Positions 8,822-20,264 of a stretch of 63,673 nt of DNA are shown here, one piece after another. Position 1 is the first letter of the stretch. Each line of letters opens with the position of its first letter. The notes beneath the pieces are model-generated. The model did not search any database. It saw nothing but the letters and a program-made list of their open reading frames with translations, and had not been told where the DNA came from. Location of the stretch: the IMG/VR virus record IMGVR_UViG_3300008261_000064, positions 1 through 63,673 of that record. One strand, written 5' to 3'. This stretch comes from a virus. Its lineage: Duplodnaviria > Caudoviricetes. Both the position numbers and the translations under genes were made by a program.

Positions 8822-11149
8822 ATGGAGAACAATAACAACAAGCAGGTATTAAATTTTCACCTATCTAGCTTTAAAAGCAAGAGGGATACCAAGGAAGGTT
8901 TGAAAATTTCTAAGTTTCTTGAGAAAGCTTACAATAGTGGATACTTTTCTAAAAGGAATAGAAAGTTTGAAAAGAACAGGATGTTTGCTAGGGGCAGGCA
9001 ACCTATGTCTGAATTCTTAGACTTGTTGAATGTTGACGGGAAAGAGGCATTTGTAAACCTTGACATGAAGGCCCCGGCTATTGCCCCTAAGTTCATACAA
9101 GTAATGATTGGTGGCTTCATGAAAAGAGACGAAAAGATAAGGGTATCGGCTGTTGACCCGATTTCCACAGATAGAAAGAAGTACGAGAGAGAAGAGGCTG
9201 AGTTTAGAATGAATTTTGGAGGTGAGGTTAAGGAGGTGGAAGAAATGGCTGGTGTAAAACTGATGCCGGATAACGCATATACTCCAGAAGATTATGAGGA
9301 GCTTGAGTTATTTTTTAATGAGTTTCAGATTCCAGAGGAGATAATGTTTGAGAAAGGCATCTCTTCAGTATTTGACACAAATGGATGGCCAGTTATAAAA
9401 AGGAAGCTTTTAGAGGATGTTATAGAAACAGGGGTAGCTTGCACAAAGGTTTCTGTTAACAAGACAGGTAAGATAACTACAAGAAGGGTAATTCCAGAAA
9501 ACCTAATATATTCCTATTCTGATTATGATGATTTTAGAGATATGTCATTTATAGGAGAGGTTCTATCAATGAAAATTCTTGATATCAGAAATAATTATCC
9601 AAATATAGATGAAGAGCAGATTTATAAAATTGCTCAAAAGTCTAAAAACTACAACAGTTCAGTAAAGTGGGATGATAAATATAGGTATAATATAGACAGG
9701 CCTTATGACGATTGGACTGTTGACGTGCTTGACTTTGAAATAAAATCAATAGACAGTATGATTTACCAAGCTAGGATTAACAAGTTTGGAAATCTTATTG
9801 TAGAGAGAAGGGACAAGGAACCACAAAGAGTAGGCGATAATAAAGAGATTATTAGAAAAGATATGCAGGTTATATACAAAGGTGTATATATACTTGCTTC
9901 TGATATAATGCTAGAGTGGGGATTGGCAAAGAATATGATTAAGCCAAGTATGGCTAAAGAGATTGCTGATGTATACTTTAGCTATAGCGTGTTCATGCAT
10001 GAGAACCTTGATTTGCAGAATATGGCTATACCAGAAAGGATGGAGACGTCTATTAGGCAAATGACTCTCGCTCACTTAAAAATACAGCAGCTTGTAGCCA
10101 AACTTAGACCATCTGGTTTAATTATAGACATAGATTCCTTATCCGACATTAACCTTGGTCAAGGAAAGAACATAACTCCTCTTGAGATTCAAAAAATATA
10201 TGACCAAACGGGTAATATATATTATAGAAGAAAGACTGAGGACGGAGAAGGAATGAATGGTACTCCTATTCAAGAAGCTCCAAATAATGCAAGTATTGGT
10301 CAAATTCAAGAACTGATAACAGTTTACAATCACTATCTTGATAGGCTAAGAGATGAAATTGGTGTGAATGAATATAGGGAGGGAGCTAGTGTTAATCCTA
10401 AAATGGGTCTAGGCGTACAGCAAGCTCAAATAGCAGCCTCTAATAATGCAACAGATTTTATATATGATTCATACTTGAATGTATATACGCAAACAGCATT
10501 TAAAATAGCTTTGTTATTATACGATTCAGTGCTATATGGAGGTCAGGCTTATAGAGAGTACCTGTCTTCAAATGATGTAGAGGGAAAGATATTTGATGTG
10601 CTTATAGAAGCCCTTCCAGATGACAATGAAAAACAGTTCTTAAACCAAATGGTTCAAACTGCTATTTCAGCAAATGCAATAGATTTTGAGGATGCGTTTA
10701 AGGTAAGAAACATAAAGAATTATAAGCTTGCAGAAATGTATCTTTCTAAGGCAAAGAAGAGAAAGGTAAAGGAAGAGATGCAGAAGGCACAGCAAAACTC
10801 TGAAATGAATGCACAGTCTCAACAGCAGTCTATTGCAGCAAAAGCACAAGCGGATGCTCAATTAGAGCAAGTTCAAGCTCAGAATAAGATAGCTATTGTT
10901 CAAGCAGAAATGAAGTTTAAGCAAGATATCATGACTCAAGAGTTTGTGCAGACTGCGTTACTCAAGTCTTATGAGTTAGACAGAGAGCTTCCTCAAGAAA
11001 TACAGGCGTTGATTGACAACTACTTCAATGAATTGCAGCAAATGAAAATGCAGGAACAGGCCGTGCAGCAACAAGCTATGCAACAGCAAGCAATGGAACA
11101 GGGCATGGAGCAAGGAGAGATGCAACAGGAAATGCCTGAAACAGAATAA
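8822..11149 (+). CDS. Portal protein
   Basis: About 775 aa after terL, with a Q-rich coiled-coil C-terminus typical of P22/crAss-like portals. Confidence 0.85.
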   Translation: MENNNNKQVLNFHLSSFKSKRDTKEGLKISKFLEKAYNSGYFSKRNRKFEKNRMFARGRQPMSEFLDLLNVDGKEAFVNLDMKAPAIAPKFIQVMIGGFMKRDEKIRVSAVDPISTDRKKYEREEAEFRMNFGGEVKEVEEMAGVKLMPDNAYTPEDYEELELFFNEFQIPEEIMFEKGISSVFDTNGWPVIKRKLLEDVIETGVACTKVSVNKTGKITTRRVIPENLIYSYSDYDDFRDMSFIGEVLSMKILDIRNNYPNIDEEQIYKIAQKSKNYNSSVKWDDKYRYNIDRPYDDWTVDVLDFEIKSIDSMIYQARINKFGNLIVERRDKEPQRVGDNKEIIRKDMQVIYKGVYILASDIMLEWGLAKNMIKPSMAKEIADVYFSYSVFMHENLDLQNMAIPERMETSIRQMTLAHLKIQQLVAKLRPSGLIIDIDSLSDINLGQGKNITPLEIQKIYDQTGNIYYRRKTEDGEGMNGTPIQEAPNNASIGQIQELITVYNHYLDRLRDEIGVNEYREGASVNPKMGLGVQQAQIAASNNATDFIYDSYLNVYTQTAFKIALLLYDSVLYGGQAYREYLSSNDVEGKIFDVLIEALPDDNEKQFLNQMVQTAISANAIDFEDAFKVRNIKNYKLAEMYLSKAKKRKVKEEMQKAQQNSEMNAQSQQQSIAAKAQADAQLEQVQAQNKIAIVQAEMKFKQDIMTQEFVQTALLKSYELDRELPQEIQALIDNYFNELQQMKMQEQAVQQQAMQQQAMEQGMEQGEMQQEMPETE

Positions 11150-11180
11150 ATTATATATTTGCATATAAAATAAACCAATT

Positions 11181-12311
11181 ATGTCTGAAGCACAAGAATT
11201 CAATCCGTTTAATGTGTCGGAATATTCCAACACAGAAACAACACAGTCTGAGCCAGTTGAACAAGTTGTTGAGCAGCAATCATCAGTAGAAGTAGATACT
11301 AAATCAGAACCAGTTCAGTCAGAAGTGGTAGAGATGAATACAGACTACTCTTCTCCAGTTGAAACTAGTATAGATGAGGTAACTCAGCAACAAGAATCCT
11401 TTATTCAGCCATCTGAATTTTCATTTGAATGGCCAAATGAGGTTTCTAAAGATATATATGAAAAGCTTATAAATGGAGACATATCTGAGCTTGCAGATAT
11501 GATTTATGAGCAGAAAGTTCTTTCAAGCCTTGACAATATGGATGAGTCTGATATTATTAAGCTTAAAATGGCTTACGAGTATCCAGACCTTACTCCAGAA
11601 GAAATAGAAGATGAATTTAATAATAGATTCTCTGTTGAAGAAGATTTTGACCAATCTATGATGACTGAAGAAGAAATATCTTCTAAAAGACGTCAAATAG
11701 AGAAACAGAAAAAAACATTTGCTAGGGAGTTGAAGAAGGATGTTAGAGAGGCTAAAGACTACCTTTCAAGTTTGAAACAAGAGATTTCGTTTCCAGATAT
11801 ACTTAGTCAAGTAGCGACAGGGCAACAGTATAACCCAGAAGAAGTTGTTAGTCAATATTTGGCAAATGAGGAGCAAGCGCAATTAAAGGTTCACGAAACA
11901 GCTAGACAGGAATACCTGAATAGTATAAACGAGGGCCTTAAATCATTCGATGGATTTAGCGTCAATTACAAAGACGAGGATGTCTCATTTGACGGTAAGT
12001 ACAGCCTAACTCCGGAAGACAGGGCTGCTCTTACAAATTCATTGATGGATTTTGATTTGGATGACTTTTATGGCAGCAGGTACTACAAGGATGGTAGATA
12101 TGATGCCAAGCAGTTAGCCGAAGACGTTTACTTCCTTCAGAATAGGGATAAGATTGTCAATTCTATGGTGACACAGGCTGTGTCTAGAGCGAAAATGGAC
12201 ATTCTTAAATCTATGAAAAATGTTGATTACAGCGATACGCCAAGGGTGGCTGCATCTGCTGCGTCTACAGATGACTATAGTGCAATGGTGGCGAAATTGT
12301 ATAGTTTATAA
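11181..12311 (+). CDS. Scaffolding-like acidic protein
   Basis: Very acidic and helical; lies between portal and capsid. Confidence 0.65.
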   Translation: MSEAQEFNPFNVSEYSNTETTQSEPVEQVVEQQSSVEVDTKSEPVQSEVVEMNTDYSSPVETSIDEVTQQQESFIQPSEFSFEWPNEVSKDIYEKLINGDISELADMIYEQKVLSSLDNMDESDIIKLKMAYEYPDLTPEEIEDEFNNRFSVEEDFDQSMMTEEEISSKRRQIEKQKKTFARELKKDVREAKDYLSSLKQEISFPDILSQVATGQQYNPEEVVSQYLANEEQAQLKVHETARQEYLNSINEGLKSFDGFSVNYKDEDVSFDGKYSLTPEDRAALTNSLMDFDLDDFYGSRYYKDGRYDAKQLAEDVYFLQNRDKIVNSMVTQAVSRAKMDILKSMKNVDYSDTPRVAASAASTDDYSAMVAKLYSL

Positions 12312-12333
12312 ATAATAATTAAAATAATTAAAA

Positions 12334-13656
12334 ATGCCAGTAGCACAACCCGGTGGAGTATCAAGCTCCTATGTAGGTAGGCAGTTCGTATCCGACCTGT
12401 CTATCCTTAAGCCACAGTACTATCCTCAATTTATTGAGAAGTATGGCTCTCAAAACTATGCCCAATTGCTCGAAGCTTTGGGTATGAAAGCAACCGTTCC
12501 TTCTAAAAAGTTCGGTCACTTTGAATCTAAAGGAAAACTTCATGATAATGTTAAAGTTGCCTCCATAAGTGGAGGTGCTTCTGCAGGAGCAGTTATTAAT
12601 ATTGAAGTTCATGCAGATTCTGTAAGTGTTTTAAATGGAACTAGTAGAAGCCCTGTTAGGCTTGGTGAAGTTGTTGAGAACGCAAAGAATGGTAGACAAT
12701 ACAAAATTACTGGAGTTACAGACTACAATACTTTTGCAATGACTCCATTTGACTCTACAGAGGTAGCAAATACTACTGTAGCAGCTCTTGACTTCCTTCT
12801 GTTCCGTGGTATCTCTGAAGCTGGTGAATCATCAACTAAGTTTGATACTTTGACTAGTCTTGTTGAAGAGAAGACCTTCTACACTACTGAGATTCGTGAA
12901 GATTTCACCATCTCTGACCGTGCTAAAATTGAAGAACTGTGGTTCGAAGTAAATGGTCAACCTTACTACACCTACAAAGGTTTGGATGAGGCTGTTCGCC
13001 GTTTCATGAACAACAAGGAGTTCAAATTGATGTTCGGTAAGCCTCAAGGCGCAAATGGAACAACTGGTTTGATTCCACAAGTTGAAGCTGGTGGTCAAGT
13101 TACTCCTTGGGGTACTACATTCGATATAGATGATTTCCACAATCTAGCTCGTCTTGCTGACTTCAACGGCGGTGCTCAAGAATACCATTTCCTCATGGAT
13201 AGCTACCTCCGTAGCGCTGTTGATGATGCTTTGTTCGCTAAGTATCAGAATGGTGCTATCCAGTGGGCTTCCGTAGGTGGTTCTAGCGAAGTTGCAGTTA
13301 AGTATGGTTTTGATTCTATCAAAATCGATGGTACTACCTTCCACTTGAAGAAGTATCTGCCTTTCAATGCTGAAGCTGTTTACGGACAGTCTATCGGTAC
13401 TGCTGGCTACTATGCTCGTACAGGTCTTTTGATTCCTGTTAAGGATGGTCGCGATGCTCAAACTGGTGATAAAGTTCCTTCTCTGCGCATTGTTTACAAT
13501 GAGGTTGAGCCTGGAAAAGAAATCAAAGTTTGGGAAACTGGTGCTCTCGCTAAAGTTCCAACTTCCGATAAGATGGAATTGAACGTACACCACATGTCTT
13601 ACTGCGGTATCCAGCTGTTCGCAGCTAACCAATTCATGAAAGTAACATACGCTTAA
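12334..13656 (+). CDS. Major capsid protein
   Basis: 440 aa, strongly biased codon usage, 'KEFKLMFG...TTGLIPQV' HK97-type segment, followed by a terminator. Confidence 0.88.
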   Translation: MPVAQPGGVSSSYVGRQFVSDLSILKPQYYPQFIEKYGSQNYAQLLEALGMKATVPSKKFGHFESKGKLHDNVKVASISGGASAGAVINIEVHADSVSVLNGTSRSPVRLGEVVENAKNGRQYKITGVTDYNTFAMTPFDSTEVANTTVAALDFLLFRGISEAGESSTKFDTLTSLVEEKTFYTTEIREDFTISDRAKIEELWFEVNGQPYYTYKGLDEAVRRFMNNKEFKLMFGKPQGANGTTGLIPQVEAGGQVTPWGTTFDIDDFHNLARLADFNGGAQEYHFLMDSYLRSAVDDALFAKYQNGAIQWASVGGSSEVAVKYGFDSIKIDGTTFHLKKYLPFNAEAVYGQSIGTAGYYARTGLLIPVKDGRDAQTGDKVPSLRIVYNEVEPGKEIKVWETGALAKVPTSDKMELNVHHMSYCGIQLFAANQFMKVTYA

Positions 13657-13677
13657 TCGTAGTACTATATGAATAAA

Positions 13678-13709
13678 GAGCCCCGCCTAGTGCGGGGTTT
13701 TCTTTTTTT
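13678..13709 (+). terminator. Intrinsic terminator after the capsid gene
   Basis: GAGCCCCGC-CTAGT-GCGGGGTTT followed by a T-run. Confidence 0.85.
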
Positions 13710-13740
13710 AGTATATTTGCTGAAACCAAAAAAATAAACC

Positions 13741-14634
13741 ATGGCAAAAGCAGCACGTAAAGCTTTAGACGAAAACGGAAATATAGTAGAATTAGCACAA
13801 GAACAGGAGATAGTAGAAGTTCCAAAAAAGAAAAAAGAACCAAAAGAGTATATATTTCAGCTAATAGACAAATTCTATACAAGTACATCAAATTACCCTA
13901 GACCTCCTTATCCAGAAACATATTTCATAAAGAATACTGATGTAATCTATGACGAAGAAGCTGGAACAGAAAGAAATATAAGATATCTTGAGGGAGTTAG
14001 TAGTATATACGAGGATGAACAAGAGCACCTATCAGAATTTAAGAAAAGGCAAAGGCCTGAAATTAAGTTCATTAATGGCATATTGAGGGTTCAGTCAAAC
14101 AGGACATCACTATTAAGATTCCTCCTTTTGAGTAATATGAACGAGGGTAATAAAAACCCTATTCATGGAACTAGAAAAATCTATAGAGTTCTTGATTTTG
14201 AAGCGCAAGAGCAAACAGCTATCAGTAATGCTGAAACTAGAATGGAAGCTATGAAAATGGCGATGGATGCTCCTGTTGAAACAATGATACCACATGCCCA
14301 ATACTTGGGCGTTAGGTTTAAAAATAGCTATGGAGAAGAAAGGGGTGATAAGGCTATTAGAGTCGATTACCTTGATTTTGCGGATAAAAATCCAGATGCT
14401 TTCTTAAAAAGCTATAATAACCCACTAGTAAAGATTGAGTTTGCTATTAGGAAGGCTATAGCATTAGACCTAATCAATCTTCATTCTGTTAAGGGTCAGG
14501 CTATATGGGGTGATACTAAGAAGTTTATTTCACAGATTCCAGACAGGAAAGACCCTGTAAAGCACCTTTCTGAGTATGCATTGAGTGATGCTGGTAGGGA
14601 TTTTTACTCACAGCTTAAATCAATGACAGCATAA
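13741..14634 (+). CDS. Conserved head-module protein of unknown function
   Basis: 297 aa immediately after the capsid gene, with its own promoter. Confidence 0.65.
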   Translation: MAKAARKALDENGNIVELAQEQEIVEVPKKKKEPKEYIFQLIDKFYTSTSNYPRPPYPETYFIKNTDVIYDEEAGTERNIRYLEGVSSIYEDEQEHLSEFKKRQRPEIKFINGILRVQSNRTSLLRFLLLSNMNEGNKNPIHGTRKIYRVLDFEAQEQTAISNAETRMEAMKMAMDAPVETMIPHAQYLGVRFKNSYGEERGDKAIRVDYLDFADKNPDAFLKSYNNPLVKIEFAIRKAIALDLINLHSVKGQAIWGDTKKFISQIPDRKDPVKHLSEYALSDAGRDFYSQLKSMTA

Positions 14635-14667
14635 ACTCGCTTCGTGTTTCTTATGGTTTGATTGGTT

Positions 14668-14702
14668 TCTCCCGGTAGCTCTCTACTGGGAGATTTTGTT
14701 TT
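14668..14702 (+). terminator. Intrinsic terminator
   Basis: TCTCCCGGTAG-CTCT-CTACTGGGAGA-TTTTGTTTT. Confidence 0.8.
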
Positions 14703-14713
14703 ATATTTGCTAT

Positions 14714-15382
14714 ATGAATATTAATGAGGTATATAAGCTAGTGTCATATTTGGTAGATAAATACCAAGGGACATACCTTTCGCCAGATGACTTCAATTCT
14801 GTCATCAATATGGCTCAAAATCAATATTTGTCATTTCTTACAGATGACACAGGAACCCCAAATAGGAATCCAAAGAATCCAGTAGGTATGTCAACCTCTG
14901 CAATAGTAGCAGATACCTTGTCTGGTTTTCTTACAGAGTCAACAGTGGCAGTAGCTTCACAGCTTGCCGCAAAGCCTGCAGATATGTATAAGACTGTTGC
15001 AATTAGAACAACAGATGATAATTATGCAGTAAGATTTGTAGCTTCCGATAGGGTTGCATCATATATTGATAACGCAATTGACGCTCCAACCACAACAGAA
15101 CCAATATATTATGAACTTGGTTCTAATTATAAAGTGTATCCTAATACATTAGCATCAATTAAAATTACATACATAAAAAATCCACAGACACTTAAGTGGG
15201 CATATACAGGCGGTCTTATTTATGACGCAGCCAATAGCGTTCCCGTTAATAACGCAGCACTAGAGTGGGCGGATGTGGATGTTTATGAAATAATATATAG
15301 AACAATAGGAATTATTGGTATTAATTTAAAAGATGGCGACTTGGCAAGAGCAGCACAGGTAGTAAAAAATGATGGTCTATGA
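14714..15382 (+). CDS. Head-tail connector / tail ring protein (crAss-like)
   Basis: 'YLSPDDFNSVINMAQ...ITYIKNP' pattern; synteny. Confidence 0.6.
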   Translation: MNINEVYKLVSYLVDKYQGTYLSPDDFNSVINMAQNQYLSFLTDDTGTPNRNPKNPVGMSTSAIVADTLSGFLTESTVAVASQLAAKPADMYKTVAIRTTDDNYAVRFVASDRVASYIDNAIDAPTTTEPIYYELGSNYKVYPNTLASIKITYIKNPQTLKWAYTGGLIYDAANSVPVNNAALEWADVDVYEIIYRTIGIIGINLKDGDLARAAQVVKNDGL

Positions 15383-16002
15383 CAAGAAGGGTACTTATAG
15401 AACAAATTAGAAGGTTGTACTATGGTGGTACTCCTAGTGATGATTCTAATCTAACGGAGAAGGAAGTTAATCACTATATAAACCAAGCCATAGCATATAT
15501 AGCAAGAGCAAACTATACTGATTCTATAAAAATAGATGGTATTGAGAATGTCAGTGATGCATTTTATACAACATTTAAGAATCTTGCTGTAGCAAAAGAT
15601 AACGACACTGGATACTACTATGCAACACTTCCACAGCCACCGCTTGGACTTTCGAGAGGATATGGGATTTCCTCAGTAACGTTTCCCGTAAATACGGGAC
15701 TAGCAAAGGCCCCAACTGCCGTATCCCCTCGTGAGGTTGATTACATAGAGCAAATAAAACTTCCTCCTAGTAAGATATTTTATTGGGCAGAAGGTGGTAA
15801 GTTGTGGATGAAGAGCTATACTAACTTAGTTGGCAAATTTGCCATTGTTAGAATGATTAGCGCAGAAAATTCTGATATGACAGCTGAATTAAATGTACCT
15901 GGAGAATATATTTCTGATATGATTAATTGGATTATGGAACAATTAAAGGTCAGAAAGCAAATGCCAGAGGATACAACAAATGACGGGATAGATAATAAAT
16001 AA
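15379..16002 (+). CDS. Tail ring / adaptor protein
   Basis: Synteny and size; 'LNVPGEYISDMI' adaptor-like ending. Confidence 0.55.
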   Translation: MTRRVLIEQIRRLYYGGTPSDDSNLTEKEVNHYINQAIAYIARANYTDSIKIDGIENVSDAFYTTFKNLAVAKDNDTGYYYATLPQPPLGLSRGYGISSVTFPVNTGLAKAPTAVSPREVDYIEQIKLPPSKIFYWAEGGKLWMKSYTNLVGKFAIVRMISAENSDMTAELNVPGEYISDMINWIMEQLKVRKQMPEDTTNDGIDNK

Positions 16003-16007
16003 ATAAT

Positions 16008-16778
16008 ATGGCAAAAGATACTGCACAATGGGTTGGTCTTGCAGAGATAATATATCAATATATTGACCAAGCTAAATTAACTACTGCCGAGTTTAGGAGA
16101 CTATGGACTATTGGTGTTAGAGGTGTAGAGGAAGTTGGTCTTGATGTGCATATGACACCTAAAACTGTAAAACTGTTGGTTAATGCCAATAAAACAGTCA
16201 ATCTTCCATCTGACTATATTGGTTTTTCTAAAGTTGGTATTTTTAATGCAGAAGGAGAAGTGGCAACATTAAGAAGAAATCCTAATCTTACAGCCTATAA
16301 AATAGACCAAAACGACAGGCTTACTAGCAACGTTGACTCAACACAGCTGGAAACATTTAGGATGCAAGACCTTGCTTACGTTAACTATTTTGACGGCGCT
16401 AGATATGTAAATATATTTGGTGCTGGCTCAATGCTAAACTCTGCAGGTCAATTTGATATATCGGAAGACGAAGGCATTTTGTATCTTGATAACGAATACC
16501 CATATACATACGTTGTATTAGAGTATCTTTCATCTCCTGCTGATGACGTAGATTACAAATTGCCATTTCAGGTAAAAGAGGCTGTTCTTTCTTATATAGC
16601 ATGGAAAGATATCGAGATGCTTCCTTCTGGGAGAAGGGTGACTTTGGGTGATAAGCAAATAAGAAGAAAAGAGTATTATAATCAGAAAAGATTAGCTAGG
16701 CTTAGGGTAAACCCTGTAACTCCTTGGGATGCCAATGAAGTTATCAGGATGGGTCAAAAACTTGTAGCAAAAGCATAA
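16008..16778 (+). CDS. Tail ring / adaptor protein
   Basis: 'TVNLPSDYI' and 'VVLEYLS...LPFQVKEAVLSYI'. Confidence 0.55.
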   Translation: MAKDTAQWVGLAEIIYQYIDQAKLTTAEFRRLWTIGVRGVEEVGLDVHMTPKTVKLLVNANKTVNLPSDYIGFSKVGIFNAEGEVATLRRNPNLTAYKIDQNDRLTSNVDSTQLETFRMQDLAYVNYFDGARYVNIFGAGSMLNSAGQFDISEDEGILYLDNEYPYTYVVLEYLSSPADDVDYKLPFQVKEAVLSYIAWKDIEMLPSGRRVTLGDKQIRRKEYYNQKRLARLRVNPVTPWDANEVIRMGQKLVAKA

Positions 16779-16779
16779 G

Positions 16780-19700
16780 ATGAAGATAGAAAGAAAAATG
16801 TTCTCCGGCATGATGAATTTGGATGACCCAAATGAAGCAATGCCTAGTAGTAGCCATAAAGAAGCTTTTAATGTTACATTTAGAGGCAATCCTGGAGACA
16901 TGAGGATTGAGAATATAAAGGGGAATCAGTCTGTAGCAAATGCTGGTCTTCAATCGGGAACAAATGTTTGTATAGGCTCATATTATGACGAGCTTAAGCA
17001 AAGAGTTTTCTACTTTGTATATAATTCAAATGGATACGATGCAATATTCGTATACAACACGATAACTAGAGGTATCAGCACTCTTCTGATGTCTAAAATA
17101 GACTCATTGTCTACTGAAGCGTTATTTAACTTTAGCCCAGATTATCCGATTGCATCCGTAAATATCATATACAGGACAGAGGATGATGGGGATATTTTAC
17201 ATTGGACTGACAGAAATAACAGACCAATGAAGCTAAACATTAAAGAAGCTGAGGCGGTTAATAAGACATATAACGGAAACTGGAAGAAGAAATATTTGAC
17301 TGTTGCTAGACCAATGCCTCTCGTATCTGCAATATGTAAGTATGAGAGTGATGCTACAACTACTATAAACAACCTTAGAAGCAAACTATATCAATTCAGA
17401 TATAGGTGGATATATAGAGACTTCAGTAAGTCTACATGGAGTCCTTGGAGTAGATTATTCGCTCCAGATAATGTAGATATTCTTGCTGATGAGATTGACC
17501 CAACAAAAAACAACAGGATATCTATTAAGTACCAAACTGGAGACGATGATGTCTTGAAGGTTGAAATAGCAGCTAGACAGAGTATAGATACCACATTCTC
17601 TGACCCATTCTTAGTAGAAACTGTAGATAAGACTGGATTACCCGATAACAGCGAATACGAATATAAGTTTTATAATACAGAGGCATACCCATACGTAGAT
17701 GTATCTGAATCTAATCAGTTATTTGACTATACACCATTGAAGGCAAATGCCCAAGAACTTCTTAATGGTAATGTACTTATTTATGGAGGTGTTACGGAAG
17801 GTAGGACAGCAAATGTAACTCCATCTGTAACCAAAACGCTTAGTCTTGTACAGAACACAAATACTGCTACAGCGCTTACAATGGCTTCGTACAATAGGTA
17901 TACATTTACCTATTACCCAACTTACAATGTAACAGGAGGAGCTCATTATATAATATTTAGTGGAATTCCAAATGTCGGTGATGTATATAATTTTACATTG
18001 TCATTTAGGAGAGATATTGGAGCTGGGGTAGAATCTACTAGCGTTAACTTTGGAATTACCGTTGCTGCAGGAAGGAACACGCAGCAGTTTTTAGAAGCTG
18101 ACCTTTTAGCTATTGTAGTTGCTGATGCAACTCTTCAGAACTATACACTAGCAAGTTATGTAACGACTCTTCAACTTGTAGAGCCCGGAGAATTTAACGG
18201 TAAAAGGGGTTTGAAGTTTTCTGGAAATCCATCATCTGAGGCATGGGTATTGGATTCATACAGTTTTACTTATACATACGCTGGTGGAGGCGGATTACCC
18301 GCTGACCCAACTGGTGTTAACACTGCATGTTATAAGCATAAGTCTAGGTATACATTTGGAATGTGCTACTTTGATGAATATGGTGTTACTAACGGCGTAA
18401 TTACAAACGATAGTTTTAGGGTTGTAACGCCGGAGATAGATTCAGCAGACTTATCTGGCACTCAATTGACCGTGCCGCTTATAGAGTTTCAAGTAAGCCA
18501 CCAAGCTCCAAGTTGGGCAAAGTATTTCTCATTTGTAAGAACAACTAATCTTACAACATCAGACTTTAAGACAATAGTAACAACTACTACAGGAGTAGAT
18601 TTAGCAAATAAGTATGCATATCTTGATATTACAGAATACCAAGAAAACAAGAATGGATACCCTGCATATTCGTTTGCAAAGGGAGATAGGGTTAGGATTG
18701 TGGGAAGAAAGAATCAGCCAGACTTGTTAACAGATTCTGTATCCAACGACTATCCAATTCTTGCTTTACTGAAGAGTTCAGAAATAACAAGTATGACCAC
18801 ACCTGCTTCTGTTCCAGCAAATAAAATATGGCTCAGAATACCATACGACAACTCCACAATGTCATTTTTTACTTTTGGTAACGCATCTTATTACAACTAC
18901 TACATAGAGGTATACACTCCTGCAATAAACGCTTCTGAAGAAGCACAGCTATTTTATGAGTTTGGAGAAATATATCCAGTTATAGAAAGCGGTGTTAATA
19001 GGTATCATACAGGAATGACCCAAAATCAGACCGCATCCGTTCCGGCTATATATAAATTTATTAGAGGTGATGTATATAGTAGATTGAGGGATTCTGCTTG
19101 GATTATAGATAAGTCTATGTCAGACAAGTACGGCTCAAAAGTAGATGGTAATGGAAGACCATTTGTTGTTGACGAGTACGCAAAAGAGGCATATTATCCA
19201 ACACTTGTGAGGTACTCATTAGAGTATCAATCTGGAACGTCCATAAACCAAACAAATAGGTTCTATGCAGCTAACTTTGACGAATACGATAGGGAGAGAG
19301 GTGACATTCAGAGGCTAAAGACTAGAGGCCGTCAATTGAGAGTATTTCAGAATAGAGCTTGTGGAATGGTTCCAATACTTCAATCTGTAGTACAGACTGC
19401 TGATGGAAGTGGGGTTTTATCTCAAAGCGCAGAGATTATTAATAAGATTCAGTATTACTTAGGCGACTACGGTCTTGGTAATCAATTCTGTTCCCTTACG
19501 TCATCTGCAAACGCAGACTACTTTACAGACCCTGTAAGGGGTGCTCAAGTTAGGCTATCTACTGATGGTTTAACTCCAATAAGTGAATTATATAAAGCTC
19601 ACTTCTATTTAAACCCGTTGATTACAAAGTACAATAAGTCAAGGAATAATATAACTAATCAGGGAAAGGCAAAGATTATATCAATATACGACCAATTTAA

Positions 19701-20262
19701 TGAAGAGGTTGTTACTGTTATGCAGGAAAGTGTGGCAGGTGACGATAAGAGTAATCCGTATACTATAGGATTTAATGAGTTTAGAAATTCATATACTTCA
19801 TTTTATGACTATAGCCCAGAATGGATAATTTGCGCTGAAAACTTAATTATATCTTGGAAAAATGGCATATTATATACACACGACAGCTCTACGTATTGCA
19901 ACTTTTATGGAGTTCAGTACAAGCCGAATGTTACATTGATATTTAATCAATTTGAAAGTGTTAAAAAAAGATATAATACAATAACCATGTTAGCTAATAC
20001 GGCTTGGGTTCCAGAGTCGAATGGAGACATTACTACAAACCTAAATCAGACCTCTAGCCTACAAACAACAGATTTCATAACAAAAGACGATAAGATACAT
20101 GCCGCATTCAAGAGAGACTCTACAAGCACTGGTGGGCTGTATAACGGGAATGTCCTAAAGGGTAATTGGGCTAAATTAAAACTAAAGCCATCAATTGGTA
20201 GTATATTCGTAAATTTGTATTATATAGAACTTAGTATTTTAGAACCTTTTTATAATAGATAA
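16780..20262 (+). CDS. Tail nozzle / stabilisation protein (crAss muzzle, P22 gp10-like)
   Basis: 1160 aa, beta-rich; 'FSGMMNLDD' start, 'PLKANAQELLNGNVLIYG', 'YFTDPVRGAQVRLSTDGLTPISE'. Confidence 0.75.
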   Translation: MKIERKMFSGMMNLDDPNEAMPSSSHKEAFNVTFRGNPGDMRIENIKGNQSVANAGLQSGTNVCIGSYYDELKQRVFYFVYNSNGYDAIFVYNTITRGISTLLMSKIDSLSTEALFNFSPDYPIASVNIIYRTEDDGDILHWTDRNNRPMKLNIKEAEAVNKTYNGNWKKKYLTVARPMPLVSAICKYESDATTTINNLRSKLYQFRYRWIYRDFSKSTWSPWSRLFAPDNVDILADEIDPTKNNRISIKYQTGDDDVLKVEIAARQSIDTTFSDPFLVETVDKTGLPDNSEYEYKFYNTEAYPYVDVSESNQLFDYTPLKANAQELLNGNVLIYGGVTEGRTANVTPSVTKTLSLVQNTNTATALTMASYNRYTFTYYPTYNVTGGAHYIIFSGIPNVGDVYNFTLSFRRDIGAGVESTSVNFGITVAAGRNTQQFLEADLLAIVVADATLQNYTLASYVTTLQLVEPGEFNGKRGLKFSGNPSSEAWVLDSYSFTYTYAGGGGLPADPTGVNTACYKHKSRYTFGMCYFDEYGVTNGVITNDSFRVVTPEIDSADLSGTQLTVPLIEFQVSHQAPSWAKYFSFVRTTNLTTSDFKTIVTTTTGVDLANKYAYLDITEYQENKNGYPAYSFAKGDRVRIVGRKNQPDLLTDSVSNDYPILALLKSSEITSMTTPASVPANKIWLRIPYDNSTMSFFTFGNASYYNYYIEVYTPAINASEEAQLFYEFGEIYPVIESGVNRYHTGMTQNQTASVPAIYKFIRGDVYSRLRDSAWIIDKSMSDKYGSKVDGNGRPFVVDEYAKEAYYPTLVRYSLEYQSGTSINQTNRFYAANFDEYDRERGDIQRLKTRGRQLRVFQNRACGMVPILQSVVQTADGSGVLSQSAEIINKIQYYLGDYGLGNQFCSLTSSANADYFTDPVRGAQVRLSTDGLTPISELYKAHFYLNPLITKYNKSRNNITNQGKAKIISIYDQFNEEVVTVMQESVAGDDKSNPYTIGFNEFRNSYTSFYDYSPEWIICAENLIISWKNGILYTHDSSTYCNFYGVQYKPNVTLIFNQFESVKKRYNTITMLANTAWVPESNGDITTNLNQTSSLQTTDFITKDDKIHAAFKRDSTSTGGLYNGNVLKGNWAKLKLKPSIGSIFVNLYYIELSILEPFYNR

Positions 20263-20264
20263 TT